64,000 nucleotides of DNA from the human T2T-CHM13v2.0 reference genome, Homo sapiens, in assembly GCA_009914755.4 (NCBI GenBank), contig CP068257.2, forward strand, positions 43,616,001 to 43,680,000. The letters are read 5' to 3'. Below, one piece after another: positions 13,671 through 32,240 of this stretch. A model generated the notes under the pieces. It saw only the letters and a program-made list of their open reading frames with translations. It was not told where the DNA came from and searched no databases. The position numbers and the translations under genes are program-made. The first letter of the stretch is position 1. Each line of letters starts with the position of its first letter.

Positions 13671-14934
13671 CTGCAAAGGATCACAGAGGTTCCAGAGTCA
13701 GGGAGAACTGAGAGGAGCAGCTGAGTGAAATGAGTTCCACAGTTACATGGAACCAACACGGCCGTCCCCCGAGCACCCACCAGCCGGCCGCCCCCTTGCT
13801 GGCACCCCTCGCTCAGGTGCCCTCGACATCGGCGCCCTGAGGGGCTCTGCCTGGTGCTGCAGCCCCATCCACACCCCACAGTCAGCAGCCGCCACGCTCC
13901 TGTCCCACCGCATGTCCCCCTGGGAGCCCTCCTCTCCGTCACCAAATCCCAGGCCAGGCACGCCAGTGCAGGTCGAATACCTCCTGGGGGTCACACGGTG
14001 AACAATGAGAGATTCCTACTAACCACACACTGTCTAGCCAGGGCATGGCGGGTCCTTATCCTGAGGCACAGTAGACATCACGGAGGTCAAGGCCCCCTCC
14101 ACACACACGCTGTATGGGCTGGTGGGGACACCCTTCTCCAGGGGTTTCTCCAGACCTCAGGTCAGCGGCCTGCCCGTTCCTCCGGCTCCTGCGCAGCTGG
14201 TCTCTGGCTCTCCAGCGGCACTTCATGAACTTCGTGAACAAGCAAACCCCAGAGATGTTTCCAGAGCAAATGTAACATGCACAGCGCTGTACACAGAGCC
14301 ACAGGGCCAGCAGGCCACACAGGCCTGTATGCTGCTGCGGGGTGCAGCACTGGTGGGGAGACCCTCACCACCCCACACACAGGGGCCTGCCAGAGCAGGC
14401 CGCGCCGGCCCGGAGGCAGGGCAGCTTCAGTGAGCTGGGCCGAGCGCTTCGCGCAGCTGAGGGCAGGAGGCTGAGAGCTCAGTGCGAAGCCTCCCCACAG
14501 CAGGCTTCCTGGGCTGCGGAGACAGCACCGCCAAGGTCGCAGTCAAAATCCCAAGGCCACACCTGAGAAGCAGGGGTGAGCTCGTGACTGGGCTCCTGCA
14601 CACCTCCGCCCTGACCTAAGAAGTCAGCGCTGCATCCTGTCTGCTTAACAGGGAAAGGGACCCACACCCAGCAGACAGCATCACCCGGAGCCTCTGTGGG
14701 TCTTATACACCATGCCCAGAACACCACAGGAAATAGCAGATGTGTGAAGAGGCACCGGCTCAGGGCGCTCAGCATTCCTCGGGCAGGAGAGAGACAGACT
14801 AACCCACAGAGATGCACGCGTGTGCACAGTGCTAACCACGGGGAAGATCATTCCCTCTACTTTCATTTTCCATTTAACTCAAACCGTTTCACCCTAACCC
14901 CAGCCTTCATCTCCTATGCAGATGGGCAGGCAGG

Positions 14935-15235
14935 TCTTTGGAGGAACAGAGGCCCAGGCGTACCTCCCACAGCAACCCCAGAGGAATGACTGCACGCAGG
15001 GCCCACGCTCCCGGCCTCTGGGACGCTCACGGCAGCCCCACGAGAATGATCACACGAGGGCCCACGCTCCCGGCCTCGGGGACGCTCACGGCAGCCCCAC
15101 AAGAACGATCACACGAGGGCCCATGCTCCCAGCCTTGGGGACGCTCATGGCAGCCCCACGAGAATGATCACACGAGGGCCCACGCTCCCGGCCTCGGGGA
15201 CGCTCACGGATGCTCAACAACACAGCAACAAGGAC
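14935..15235. repeat. VNTR with a 60-bp unit, about 5 copies, in POFUT2 intron 8
   Basis: The unit cccacgctcccggcctcggggacgctcacggcagccccacgagaatgatcacacgagggc is repeated with few substitutions. Confidence 0.9.
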
Positions 15236-15591
15236 ATGCCCAAGTCCAGGGCACGGGCAACTCTCAGGGCAGGGGGCAGACAGGGGCAGAAACCGGGAAT
15301 GATGGGAAAATGCGACACAAGAAGAGGTTCTGAGACGAGGCCAGCTATGCCAACAGCCTGCTATGGAGGAATTCTGTGCATGAGAACTAAAGGGGCAAGA
15401 TGAACAATTAACTTCAGCCCAGGGAAACACTGAACCAGATGCTACAGGAGACTCAGACGAGGAGGCAAACAGTATGGAAATGACCACTGTGAACACAGGC
15501 GACCATCTGCTCTGACACCGAGTACTTGGGACAGAAGAACCTTTGAAAGCCACCCGACCCGCTCTCGGCCGACAGTGACGTGGGCAGGCAC

Positions 15592-15715
15592 CTGGCGTGT
15601 GCGCAGATCCACTGGTCAATAATCGCAACGCCTCCGTCCTTGTAGAGCTCCAGCTCCTCCCACGTGGGTTCAAACCTCACCATCTCGGGTAACAGCTTTT
15701 TTAGCTCTTCATATT
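15592..15715 (-). CDS. POFUT2: POFUT2 exon 8
   Basis: The acceptor is tttgcag|aatatgaag and the donor is cacgccag|gtgcctg. It translates as (E)[40 protein letters not shown](R), 124 nt. Confidence 0.88.
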
Positions 15716-15950
15716 CTGCAAAGTAGAAGGAGAGACCCTTTGAACCGGGATCCTCCAGTAAGGACAGATACGTGACTCTTTAGCAGACAGACATGCGTAC
15801 TTGGCTTCTGGTTAATTCGTTAGGAACTGGCTCCAAAGGTGCAGACACACAACTCAGCTTTACCCTCCCAGGAATTACAGTTGAAGATCATGCAGATCTT
15901 CATGGATCTGGGTAGTTCCAGGTCTACCCAGAACAGAACCAGGGATCAAG

Positions 15951-15967
15951 AAGAAAGGAAAGAAACG
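15951..15967. repeat. SVA target-site duplication, left copy aagaaaggaaagaaacg
   Basis: An identical 17-mer is found at 17755-17771, immediately after the SVA poly(A). Confidence 0.6.
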
Positions 15968-17754
15968 TGCTCCCTCTCCCTCTCCTTCTCCCTCTCCCTC
16001 TCCCCACGGTCTCCCTCTCTTTCCACGGTCTCCCTCTCATGCGGAGCCAAAGCTGGACTGTGCTGCTGCCATCTCGGCTCACTGCAACCTCCCTGCCTGG
16101 TTCTCCTGCCTCAGCCTGCCGAGTGCCTGCGATTGCAGGCACGCGCCACCACGCCTGACTGGTTTTGGTGGAGACGGGGTTTCGCTGTGTTGGCCGGGCC
16201 GGTCTCCAGCCCCTAACCGCGAGTGATCCGCCAGCCTCGGCCTCCCGAGGTGCTGGGATTGCAGACGGAGTCTCGTTCACTCAGTGCTCGATGGTGCCCA
16301 GGCTGGAGTGCAGTGGCGTGATCTCGGCTCGCTACAACCTACACCTCCCAGCCGCCTGCCTTGGCCTCCCAAAGTGCCAAGATTGCAGCCTCTGCCCGGC
16401 CACCACCCCGTCTGGGAAGTGAGGAGTGTCTCTGCCTGGCCGCCCATCGTCTGGGATGTGAGGAGCCCCTCTGCCTGGCTGCCCAGTCTGGAAAGTGAGG
16501 AGCATCTCCGCCCGGCCGCCATCCCATCTAGGAAGTGAGGAGCACCTCTTTCCGGCCGCCATCACATCTAGGAAGTGAGGAGCGTCTCTGCCCAGCCGCC
16601 CATCGTCTGAGATGTGGGGAGCGCCTCTGCCCCGCCGCCCCATCTGGGATGTGAGGAGCGCCTCTGCCTGGCCACGACCCCGTCTGGGAGGTGAGGAGCG
16701 TCTCTGCCCGGCCGCCCCGTCTGAGAAGTGAGGAGCCTCTCCGCCCGGCAGCCACCCCATCTGGGAAGTGAGGAGCATCTCCGCCCGGCAGCCACCCCGT
16801 CCGGGAGGGAGGTGGGGGGGTCAGCCCCCCGCCCGGCCAGCTGCCCCGTCCGGGAGGGAGGTGGGGGGGTCAGCCCCCCGCCTGGCCAGCCGCCCCGTCC
16901 GGGAGGTGAGGGGCGCCTCTGCCTGGCCGCCCCTACTGGGAAGTGAAGAGCCCCTCTGCCCGGCCAGCCGCCCCGTCTGGGAGGGAGGTGGGGGGGTCAG
17001 CCCCCCGCCCGGCCAGCCGCCCCGTCCGGGAGGTGAGGGGCGCCTCTGCCCGGCCGCCCCTACTGGGAAGTGAAGAGCCCCTCTGCCCGGCCAGCCGCCC
17101 CGTCTGGGAGGGAGGTGGGGGGGTCAGCCCCCCGCCCGGCCAGCCGCCCCGTCCGGGAGGTGAGGGGCGCCTCTGCCTGGCCGCCCCTACTGGGAAGTGA
17201 AGAGCCCCTCTGCCCGGCCACCACCCCGTCTGGGAGGGGTACCCAACAGCTCATTGAGAACAGGCCAGGATGACAATGGCGGCTTTGTGGAATAGAAAGG
17301 CGGGAAAGGTGGGGAAAAGATTGAGAAATCGGATGGTTGCCGTGTCTGTGTAGAAAGAAGTAGACATGGGAGACTTTTCATTTTGTTCTGCACTAAGAAA
17401 AATTCTTCTGCCTTGGGATCCTGTTGATCTGTGACCTTACCCCCAACCCTGTGCTCTCTGAAACATGTGCTGTGTCCACTCAGGGTTAAATGGATTAAGG
17501 GCGGTACAAGATGTGCTTTGTTAAACAGACGCTTGAAGGCAGCATGCTCGTTAAGAGTCATCACCAATCCCTAATCTCAAGTACCCAGGGACACAAACAC
17601 TGCGGAAGGCCGCAGGGTCCTCTGCCTAGGAAAACCAGAGACCTTTGTTCACTTGTTTATCTGCTGACCTTCCCTCCACTATTGTTCCATGACCCTGCCA
17701 AAATCCCCGTCTGTGAGAAACACCCAAGAATTATCAATAAAAAAAATAAATTAA
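15968..17754 (+). mobile_element. SVA retrotransposon, composite of CCCTCT hexamers, an Alu-like region, a VNTR and SINE-R, in POFUT2 intron 7 and antisense to the gene
   Basis: It has (CCCTCT)n at 15970-16060, antisense Alu-like sequence at 16060-16400 and GC-rich VNTR units of 35-50 bp at 16400-17240. The SINE-R (HERV-K env/LTR-derived) part runs 17245-17735 and ends in AATAAA plus an A-rich tail. 17-bp direct repeats flank it. Confidence 0.9.
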
Positions 17755-17771
17755 AAGAAAGGAAAGAAACG
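17755..17771. repeat. SVA target-site duplication, right copy
   Basis: It is identical to 15951-15967. It ends 20 bp from the exon 7 donor site at 17791. Confidence 0.6.
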
Positions 17772-17790
17772 AAAGCATTGAAGCTCCATA

Positions 17791-17971
17791 CCCTTTCTGA
17801 CGGCATCTGTGGCCACAAACACCTTGTCCAGCCGGTGGGTCTTCATGAGGCTGCGGATCTTCCTCACGGCCCCTTCCAGACTGGGTACATCCTGTCTGTG
17901 ACCCCAGATGAAATCTTTTCTTCTCAGGTGGACTCCCAGGTAGGGGCCCCCTAGCGCGGAGCCCAGCTTGA
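17791..17971 (-). CDS. POFUT2: POFUT2 exon 7
   Basis: The acceptor is tttgctag|gtcaag and the donor is agaaagg|gtatgg. It translates as [60 protein letters not shown] plus 1 nt, 181 nt in total. Confidence 0.88.
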
Positions 17972-18229
17972 CCTAGCAAAGAACCACAAGGAAATGCAGA
18001 AGCTGACAGGCGGGCTCGGGGCTCATCCTGGGCACCAGGTGGGACTCGAGACGCAGAGGGATGACCCTTTCCATGTGGCCTCCTCCACGGGGTGGCTCCA
18101 GGGCTGTCTAAGGGATTCAGGTGGAATCTCGGGGGCGACCAGATGTCTTTCTAAGAAGACAGTGAAGCAGTATTAATTACCAGAAATCATTTTATCTGAG
18201 GTAAAGAAAAATATTTAAAAAGAGAACAG

Positions 18230-24215
<5,986 letters not shown>

Positions 24216-24969
24216 AAGAAACACAAGTGGGATAAAAATGAAAAAAAATCTTCTATATTTTTTCCCCAGTAAAAACTGTCCAAGTAACTTAATTATTGCT
24301 GGAACAATGAATGCTATTCCACTTGGAAATAGCTCAAATACCCCATAAAGAACAAGCGAGTAAAATGGCACTTCTATGAAAGTTTTGTTTAAAAAACGCT
24401 AAAAACAGACACTGAAAATGCTTAAAAACAATATCAAGTTGAAAAAGCAACACATTTGTTGAAATTACATCACAGAAAAACTCAAACTTTCAGAAAACAC
24501 TTAAAAATATATACAAAGAATAAGAAAAGGATGATTCTAGACCAAAACAGCACTGATGGTGCTTTTGGGTGAGTCCAGGTGAACGCTGCTTTTTTCTCTT
24601 TATCAATCAAGTCAAGAGGGAAAAAGGCCGAACGTGCCTCTGACCACCTCGAGCTCCTGCTTCCGCGCTCCTGGCCTTGCCGCGCTCTGAGAACACCTTT
24701 GAGTCCGCTGGGCCTGCCATGACTGCCCGTGTTACTAAAGGTAAAGCCAGGCCGAGTGACTCCCTGAGTCTGCACATGACGAGGGCCCCAGGGTCCCGGC
24801 GCCTCCCGAGAGCAGGTCATTACTGTGACTCACATTCCAGAGAGGCGCCGAGGCATCCACGCCCACAGACACGCCAACCCTGCTGTGACTTTACATGGAA
24901 GGCCTGAGTGTGGGGCATCTCCAGAGAGACTTTACCTTTTCTCTAATTAACAAAAGGGAGGGGGGCTAC

Positions 24970-25095
24970 CTTCATCTTCATCCAGTCCTCCTGGAAGGGG
25001 ATCCTGTCTGCGTCGTCCGTGGAGTTGAGATGTCTGCTCCTGAACTCGTCTCCCACCTCCCGCAGGTGCCTGGCAAACACCATGCTGCGACGGGT
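24970..25095 (-). CDS. POFUT2: POFUT2 exon 6
   Basis: The acceptor is ttccacag|acccgt and the donor is atgaag|gtagcc. It translates as [42 protein letters not shown], 126 nt. Confidence 0.88.
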
Positions 25096-26055
25096 CTGTG
25101 GAAACGGCGACGGCTCGGCTGAGAACACGCCCGCCCGCCACGCAGCCCTCCCGGAGCGGGTTCTCCTGTCGCTGCCACCACCCACCCCCGCAGCTGGAAC
25201 AAGCCCCTCAGACACGTCATCCACGGTCGCCTGAGAAGCAGCGCCATCCACGGTGGAGGCTCTTGGAGGGTCTCCTGCATGAAGCCAACGCAGGGCAAGC
25301 CGCCCACCCCTGCCGGCTCTGCCAGCCCCTGCCGTGGGAAGCTGCGGCACACACTGGGCTCAGCTGGCCGTTGCCCCTGGCTGGCACAACTGTGTGCAGC
25401 TCCTTCCCCTCAGTCTCTCCCCAACTCGACTTCTAGCTTAGGCGGTTAGCACATCCTGCTTTGCCAAACGGGGTGGGACTGACCTGCACAAAGTCCCACG
25501 TGAGCAGGGACTGTGTCTCCTGCAGGCAGGTTCCGGCTTTACAAGCTGCTGCCCTGGTGAACACGTCAGCAGGCCTGCTGTGTCCACGGGAGGGGGCAGC
25601 CACTTCCCGCCCTCTGCTCCCACTCACTCACAGAACCAGGGGTGGCTATGGAAAGTCACCCCATCAATGCGGAAATCAACGCCAACGGAAAAGACCCGCT
25701 GCAGAGAATAGTCCCACCTTTCAAAGCTAAAGAGAGGAGAAAGGAGGGGTCTACGTTCCAGCCACTGACGGAGTCACTGACTCCGGGGCTGACTCCAGGG
25801 CGCTGCCACCGCATTCAGGGCCTGTGGCATCAGAGGGGAGAGCTGGGTGGCCCTGCGTGCTCCCGAGGACCTGGCTCTGCAGCCACGTGAGGCTTGGGGG
25901 TGGCACAGTCACCGCAGTTGCCCAAATCCATGGCTTAAAATGATGGTTTTAATCAGCAAGGTTCAAAAAGAGCTGTCGACTGTTTTAAATTTTCAAAAGC
26001 TAAATAATGGGCAACATACACTAACTGAGAAAAACGCTCCCGAGGAAACACTCAC

Positions 26056-26121
26056 ATCCCAGTATTCTTTCCCTCCATAGTGGTCGTGAAGTAGGTTCTC
26101 GGCTCTGTCTAACATCACGGA
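26056..26121 (-). CDS. POFUT2: POFUT2 exon 5, with a 5' boundary ambiguity of 1 nt
   Basis: It translates as [22 protein letters not shown], and the donor is gat|gtgagtg. A length of 66 nt is what the frame requires. The only upstream AG (aaaaacag|gtccgtg) would start the exon one base earlier, at 26122. Confidence 0.78.
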
Positions 26122-27058
26122 CCTGTTTTTAAACAACAGAAGAATAAACAGTTATAAGAGTTAAGGATGATGACATTCACACTCTCAGAGCACAAACTGG
26201 GAGAACCCCGGGCCGAGGAAGCAGAGACCAAGTCTCCGAGGGACACTAACCAGGGCGCGTTGGGTGGTTATGGCTGAGACACAGGCAGGCTGCTGTCTGG
26301 CCTCCACACCACGGTTCTGAGAGGGCTTTAATGCCGGCTGTCAACGAACAGAATGACATCAGAGAAAAGTATCTCCTAATTTGAGGAGTGTATTTGACAG
26401 TGGGCAAAAGGCTTGGAATCCAGGATCCACCGACGGCTATGGCAAGCTGCAGGCGTGCCTGAGGAGGGGAGGGTGGGGGAAGCTTTTCTTTGACAAAAAG
26501 GAGAGGTTCACATAAGCTGCCTGGAAACAAATTCACTGACTCGAGCTCAAAGCCGGAGCTGCATCTGTTCCGTGGTAGAGACGCCATTCCTGGGCAGGCA
26601 TTCTTTCCACAGCGTCTCGTCCGAATTACTGCAACCCTTGTCCGGTGGCAAACCTAGTCCCAGGAACACGGGCACACGACTGAAGCAGCGGCTGTGAAAG
26701 GTGAGGTGCGTGAAGCACGTGAGGAACGTCCTGGGGTTATTTCAGAGAGCCCTCCAGCTGGCCTTTATCTCAGACTCGCAGGCAGGTGCCTCCTCCTCAG
26801 TGCCTTCCTTGCTCCAGTTTGGGTCTGACAAGTCATCCTGGTGCCTGTGACTGTCACGTTACCTAATTCCACGTGGGAAGTGCCTCTCCTATTCCAGCCA
26901 TTGAGCCAACCGTCTCACCAAACTCCCCCCAGGGCTCTTGATGCAAAATAAAAACGAAACACACAAAATGGACCGTGAGCAAATAGACCTGAATATTGGG
27001 GTGGTAAAGGCTGGAATACAAAAACGCAGAAATTTTTAAGGAAAAATAAAAATTTTAA

Positions 27059-27656
<598 letters not shown>

Positions 27657-28594
27657 TTACGCCCTCATGGTTCACACAAAGACTCTTCTACAGAAACCTG
27701 GAAACAACCAAAAGCCACATTTTCTTCCATCTGTACACAGACAACTGCAAAAGAACGAGGTGATGTCCATGTGTCGTAATACCCAGGTGAATGGCTGGGT
27801 GGGAAGAAAGGGCAGACTGAAAACCGCATGGAGAGGGCACGTGTGGTGATTCCACGTGTGTTTCAAAAGATGGCTGCATGCACAGGCGGCCATGTGAGGC
27901 GATTTCTGGAGAGATGGGTGTAGCTGGATTCAGTGGGTGCCTCCGGCCCTGCTTCTAATGCCGTTTTAAGGGCTTTTTATGAAATGCAATACTGCACTTC
28001 AAGACGCACATTCCACACGGGCGCGGGTAGAGGACATTCCGCACGGGCACAGGTAGACAAACTGCTCCAAAATGAACACGGTGCAGCCCCCACCCGGGTG
28101 GAGGAACAAGGAGGAAGAAAGCGCTTCACACACTTGCTCTGCCCCGTCCTCAGGGGCCTCCCCGGCATCCTCCCATCTCTCCCTCCGATGCACGGGACTG
28201 TCTTTGACCTTCATGCACATGGAACATGACTACATTTATCTTTTTCTTTTTTTTTACTGGGCATTATATCTTGATTTCTCTTTGTTGAACACGGCAGCAG
28301 GTTGCCCATCTTCAGCTGTGGATCTACCACACTCTATCCAGTGCGTGGCTGAGGGGTGCACGTGTTTTCCTGGTCCGGGGAGGCTATGAACGTTCCTGGG
28401 CAGGGGTCTGCGGGTGCATGTCCCGCATTCAGGGTGCACTGGGTTCCCAGGGTTTTACCAGATTCTTGCTCCAGGAGCAGCCTTTGAGCCCCTGCAGGCC
28501 TGTCCTCCCGACAGCGGTTGGTTTCCCGAGCATGACAGCAATGGGGGCACCTGCTCGCATTAACAGCAGCTGTCCTTACTCCTGAATCGCATGG

Positions 28595-28800
28595 ATCCTG
28601 TGTTGGACTCACCTCACCCCAGGCTGCCCGTCCCTCACTCGCTGAGTTTCGTCTCAATTGCACGGATCCCGTCTTGGACTCGCCTCACCCCAGGCTGCCT
28701 GTCCCTCACTCGCTGGGTTTCGTCTCAATTGCACGGATCCCGTCTTGGACTCGCCTCACCCCAGGCTGCCCGTCCCTCACTCGCTGAGTTTCGTCTCCTG
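28595..28800. repeat. Tandem repeat with a unit of about 60 bp, about 3.4 copies, in POFUT2 intron 4
   Basis: The unit gcacggatcccgtcttggactcgcctcaccccaggctgcccgtccctcactcgctgagtttcgtctcaatt is repeated. Confidence 0.9.
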
Positions 28801-30300
28801 TATCCCAGAGAGTCCTTAGTTTATCAAATGTGCTGCAGGACCTCCCTCTCTGAGGCCTGTCTCCATTTTTCTAATGGACAAAAGTTCTTGATTTTAAAGT
28901 AACTGGCTTTACCAATCTTTCTTTTTTGGTCCATGCTTTTCCCATCTTGTTGAAGAAAGCTTTCTGCCCCACGGTGGTGAGGCTCCTCTCCTGACGGCTT
29001 GATAGCTTCACCTTCCCATTAGGGCTTTAACCCCCGGAAGAGACTTTCCCTGGGTGCTGGGGGCAGATGACCTCACCGCCCATCATCAGCCTCCTTTTCC
29101 ACTGCGCCTTTTCCCCCTGCTCCCCGGCAGAAGCGTTTCTCCTAAATCAGGACCATCTAGTTGGAAGCCCCCTCTGGGCTCAGCTCCATTCTAACCTGTA
29201 AATGTGAGTCAAAAAAACTGACTGGCAAGACTGTTCCACAGGCCCCAAACGTAGGCAGACTGGCTTCCAAAACCCGAATATTGTCATGAAATGAACCCAG
29301 TCCCAGGACAACATTAAAGCTGCATCTCAACAACCAAAACAATTCAGCCTAGCTCCCTCCACAACCTCTGAGTTCTGTCTGCAACAGCCGGGCTGGCTGA
29401 GCAGCAGACACGCGGGCCTGTGATGGAGCCACCTGCCTTCACAAAGGCCCAGAGCAGCTGAGACCATGTGGTCCCGGCCCGCTGGGGCCAGCGGCAGCTG
29501 TTACTGACCAGGGTGATACCGAGCCAGCTGTGATGTGCAACAGGATCGTGGCTGATGGCCTCTAGAGGCACACACAGGGCACGACAGCAGACAAGGCAGC
29601 CTCAACGTGGGCAAGTGCGAGGGGCACCCGTGCCCTGCTATGCCTGGTCTATGGGAGACGCTCACAGTGCCTGCTGGGGGATTCAGAAGACCCAAGGGAG
29701 GTGACGGAGAGGGTCCCAGTCTGCAGCAAGTTCTAAGAACGTGGCCATCAACAATTCCCTCCAGAGTTTACGACATCATCAGGTACTGACTTGTCTGCAA
29801 CCCCAGCCTCCTGGGTGGACCCTCGAGGCCCAGCTCACCAGGCCGGCGACCACTTGAGGCAGACGCATGGCCAAAGGTGGCTGCATGATCCTCCCCAGAC
29901 CCGTGAGGCAGAAAACAGATCAAACAGTGGGTGTTGGGTGTGGGGACGGGGGAGGTACTGGTAAAAGCTGCCCAAGTGCTACAAATCGAGAACAGTCTCA
30001 TGGTGAGCTCCCCGCCGCCCCCAGCCCAGCTCAGCCCCTCCCTGTGCACCTGGCCGGGCCGAGCCCTCACCTCTGTGCCCCTCACCCGCTGTCCACGTCA
30101 CCCACTGCACCCACTGGGCTGTTTCGCAGAGACACATGCAAGCACTTCCCTAACCACCACCCCCCAGGGCCCCCAGGGTCCGCTGTCTGTGAGGTGGGTG
30201 GGCCAGGGATGCGGGAGTATGGGCGGAGAGCCCCCAGCCCAGCATGCACGGAGCAGACGCCACAGCCTCCAGGCTGCTCCCGGGGGGCCTGGGGCACTCA

Positions 30301-30412
30301 CCGGGCTGATGTGTTTCTCAGCAGCAGGGGCGCCACGATGGAGGCTGAGCCCTGGACGGACAGACAGGAGACGTTTAGACCCCTGGTCTCCTCATAACCC
30401 CAAAACCATCCT
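30301..30412 (-). CDS. POFUT2: POFUT2 exon 4, with a 3' boundary ambiguity of 1 nt
   Basis: The acceptor is ttttccag|aggatgg and the exon translates as (R)[37 protein letters not shown]. The canonical donor cgg|gtgagtg gives 112 nt and ends in phase 0. That conflicts with the canonical acceptor of exon 5 (see findings). Confidence 0.8.
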
Positions 30413-31099
30413 CTGGAAAACAAAACCCACAGCAGCTCTATCAGTTTATTTTGCTTTCACAAGGAAAACAAATCAAGTCTAGACACGCACACACTGTGGC
30501 TTGCTCCTGATGAAACGCGGCTGCTTTAGGAAAACTTACTGATTGTGACTGCAGATCGTGACATTCTAGTAAAATTTTAAAAGAAGCCCACGAGTGTCTC
30601 TCAGGCTGATGGACCACTGAGGCTTTCCCCATGATAGGGGCTGGCGGGATGGCCGGGGAGGCAGAGGGAGCCGGACAGAGGCAGCCCTGTGCACCTTCAG
30701 GGCCAGCCTGGCTGTGACCGTCAGCCAAGTCAACCGCGCCCTTCCCAAGAGCTCACCTGCCATGCTTTAGAGCCAGCTGCCCTGGCACTGGACACATGGA
30801 GGCTGTTAACTGACAGCTTTTCCACAGGAGGCCTGGTAGTGTCAGAGCCTTTAATGGCAATCGACACTTGGGACTGACAAGACCTCCATCCCTGTGGCAA
30901 CATCCAAATGCATGAAAAGACACAGGGAAAGAGGCACGGGGTCTCAGCCAGATGTTCATCACGGCCCATTCTCCAGGCCTCAGCACAAAGGGGAACCGCC
31001 TGTCAAGGACGAGGAACGGTGTGGGCAGCCACAAGCGCTACCACCACAAGGGCCGCCGCAACACTGTCAGGATGCCCAGGAGGGGACGCCCAGAACCCT

Positions 31100-31320
31100 G
31101 CATCAGCAACCAGCATGGGCAGCGAGGGCACTGCGGGGGAGGCGGTTGCGGCCGGGGGGAGTGGGGGGTGAAGACACCGTGGCGGGGGGAGGCGGGGTGC
31201 TGCAGGGGGGGCGGGGGGCACCCATGGTGGTGGGGAGGAGTGGGCGGGGGGCGCCTGAGGCGGGGGGGGGGGGGGACGCATGCGGCAGGGGGAGGTGGGG
31301 GGGCACCTGCGGCAGGGGGA
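31100..31320 (+). repeat. G-rich tract (G-runs of 4-13 on the plus strand; C-rich in the POFUT2 pre-mRNA), starting about 20 nt downstream of the exon 3 donor
   Basis: Repeated GGGG+ runs are present. A G13 homopolymer lies at about 31262-31274. Confidence 0.85.
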
Positions 31321-31337
31321 GCAGCCTCAGCAGGCAC

Positions 31338-31482
31338 CTGTAGTACTCGTGCTTGTCCTGGGAGTACAGGAGCTGATCAATACACGGCCGCTCGTCCACC
31401 TTCTCTTCCCAGGTCCCTTCTTTCCACCCCTCTGCGTAACTTTGCAGGACGTAAACCTGGTCAATAAAGGGCCCACCAGATT
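31338..31482 (-). CDS. POFUT2: POFUT2 exon 3
   Basis: The acceptor is tctttcag|aatct and the donor is tactacag|gtgcct. It translates as (E)[47 protein letters not shown](R). The length is 145 nt. Confidence 0.88.
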
Positions 31483-32044
31483 CTGAAAGACACCAAGAAA
31501 AGCCAGGCAGTGTGACAGCGATCAGAAGCTCACTTACGGGCATGCATCAGTCACCAGCAGCTGACTCTTACTACTGTACACCACCCTATTCCCAAAGGGA
31601 GTGTAGGAGGCTCACAAAAGCAGAGACAGGGCAGAGCACATGCCATGAGGGCACAGGGCCATCAGCGTGCAACTGCAGCTGGCGGGGGGTGGTGTGGAGC
31701 TGGTACCCGATTCCCCGGCCCTACCCCTGCCTGGCTGCAGCAGGCCCCATCCTCACAGGGGCCCGTGTGAGCCCATCCAGCCCTCACGCCGTGGTCCAGG
31801 CTGTTCCCTGCCAGGACCACTCCCCTTGGGGGCTCGCCCTCCGGCCCTCTGTGAGGCCACTGTCCCCTACCCCCCTGGTTTCCCACAGCGCTCCTCACCC
31901 CCTCGGCCACCATCTACTGCACTGGTGTCCTGCCTCCCCCGGGGACAGAGGCTCAGGTGAGCAGGAGTCGTGCCTCTTACCCACGGCCCGACCCGCACCA
32001 AGAAGGTGGCACTGTGACGCCCAAGAGGTCAGCAATTAAGATCT

Positions 32045-32240
32045 GCTCAAAGGCAGCAGGAATAAAGCGGGAGGGAGCACCGCGCAGGTGAAGTTCTGGG
32101 GCAGGAACAAAGCGGGAGGGAGCACCGCGCAGGTGAAATTCTGGGGCAGGAACAAAGCGGGAGGGAGCATCGCGCAGGTGAAGTTCTGGGGCAGGAACAA
32201 AGCGGGAGGGAGCATCGCGAAGGTGAAGTTCTGGTATCCT
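32045..32240. repeat. Tandem repeat with a 48-bp unit, 4 copies, in POFUT2 intron 2
   Basis: The unit caggaacaaagcgggagggagcaccgcgcaggtgaagttctggggcag is repeated. Confidence 0.9.

Noticed and set aside
16277-17273. Many 60-150-aa Arg/Gly/Pro-rich ORFs
   Set aside because: They fall within the SVA VNTR and Alu-like region and are repeat artifacts.
26056-26122. Alternative exon 5 acceptor at gagccgag|aacct that would restore the frame by skipping SVMLDRAE
   Set aside because: There is no polypyrimidine tract, and it would delete conserved residues. The phase problem is more simply explained by a 1-nt discrepancy at a G-run.
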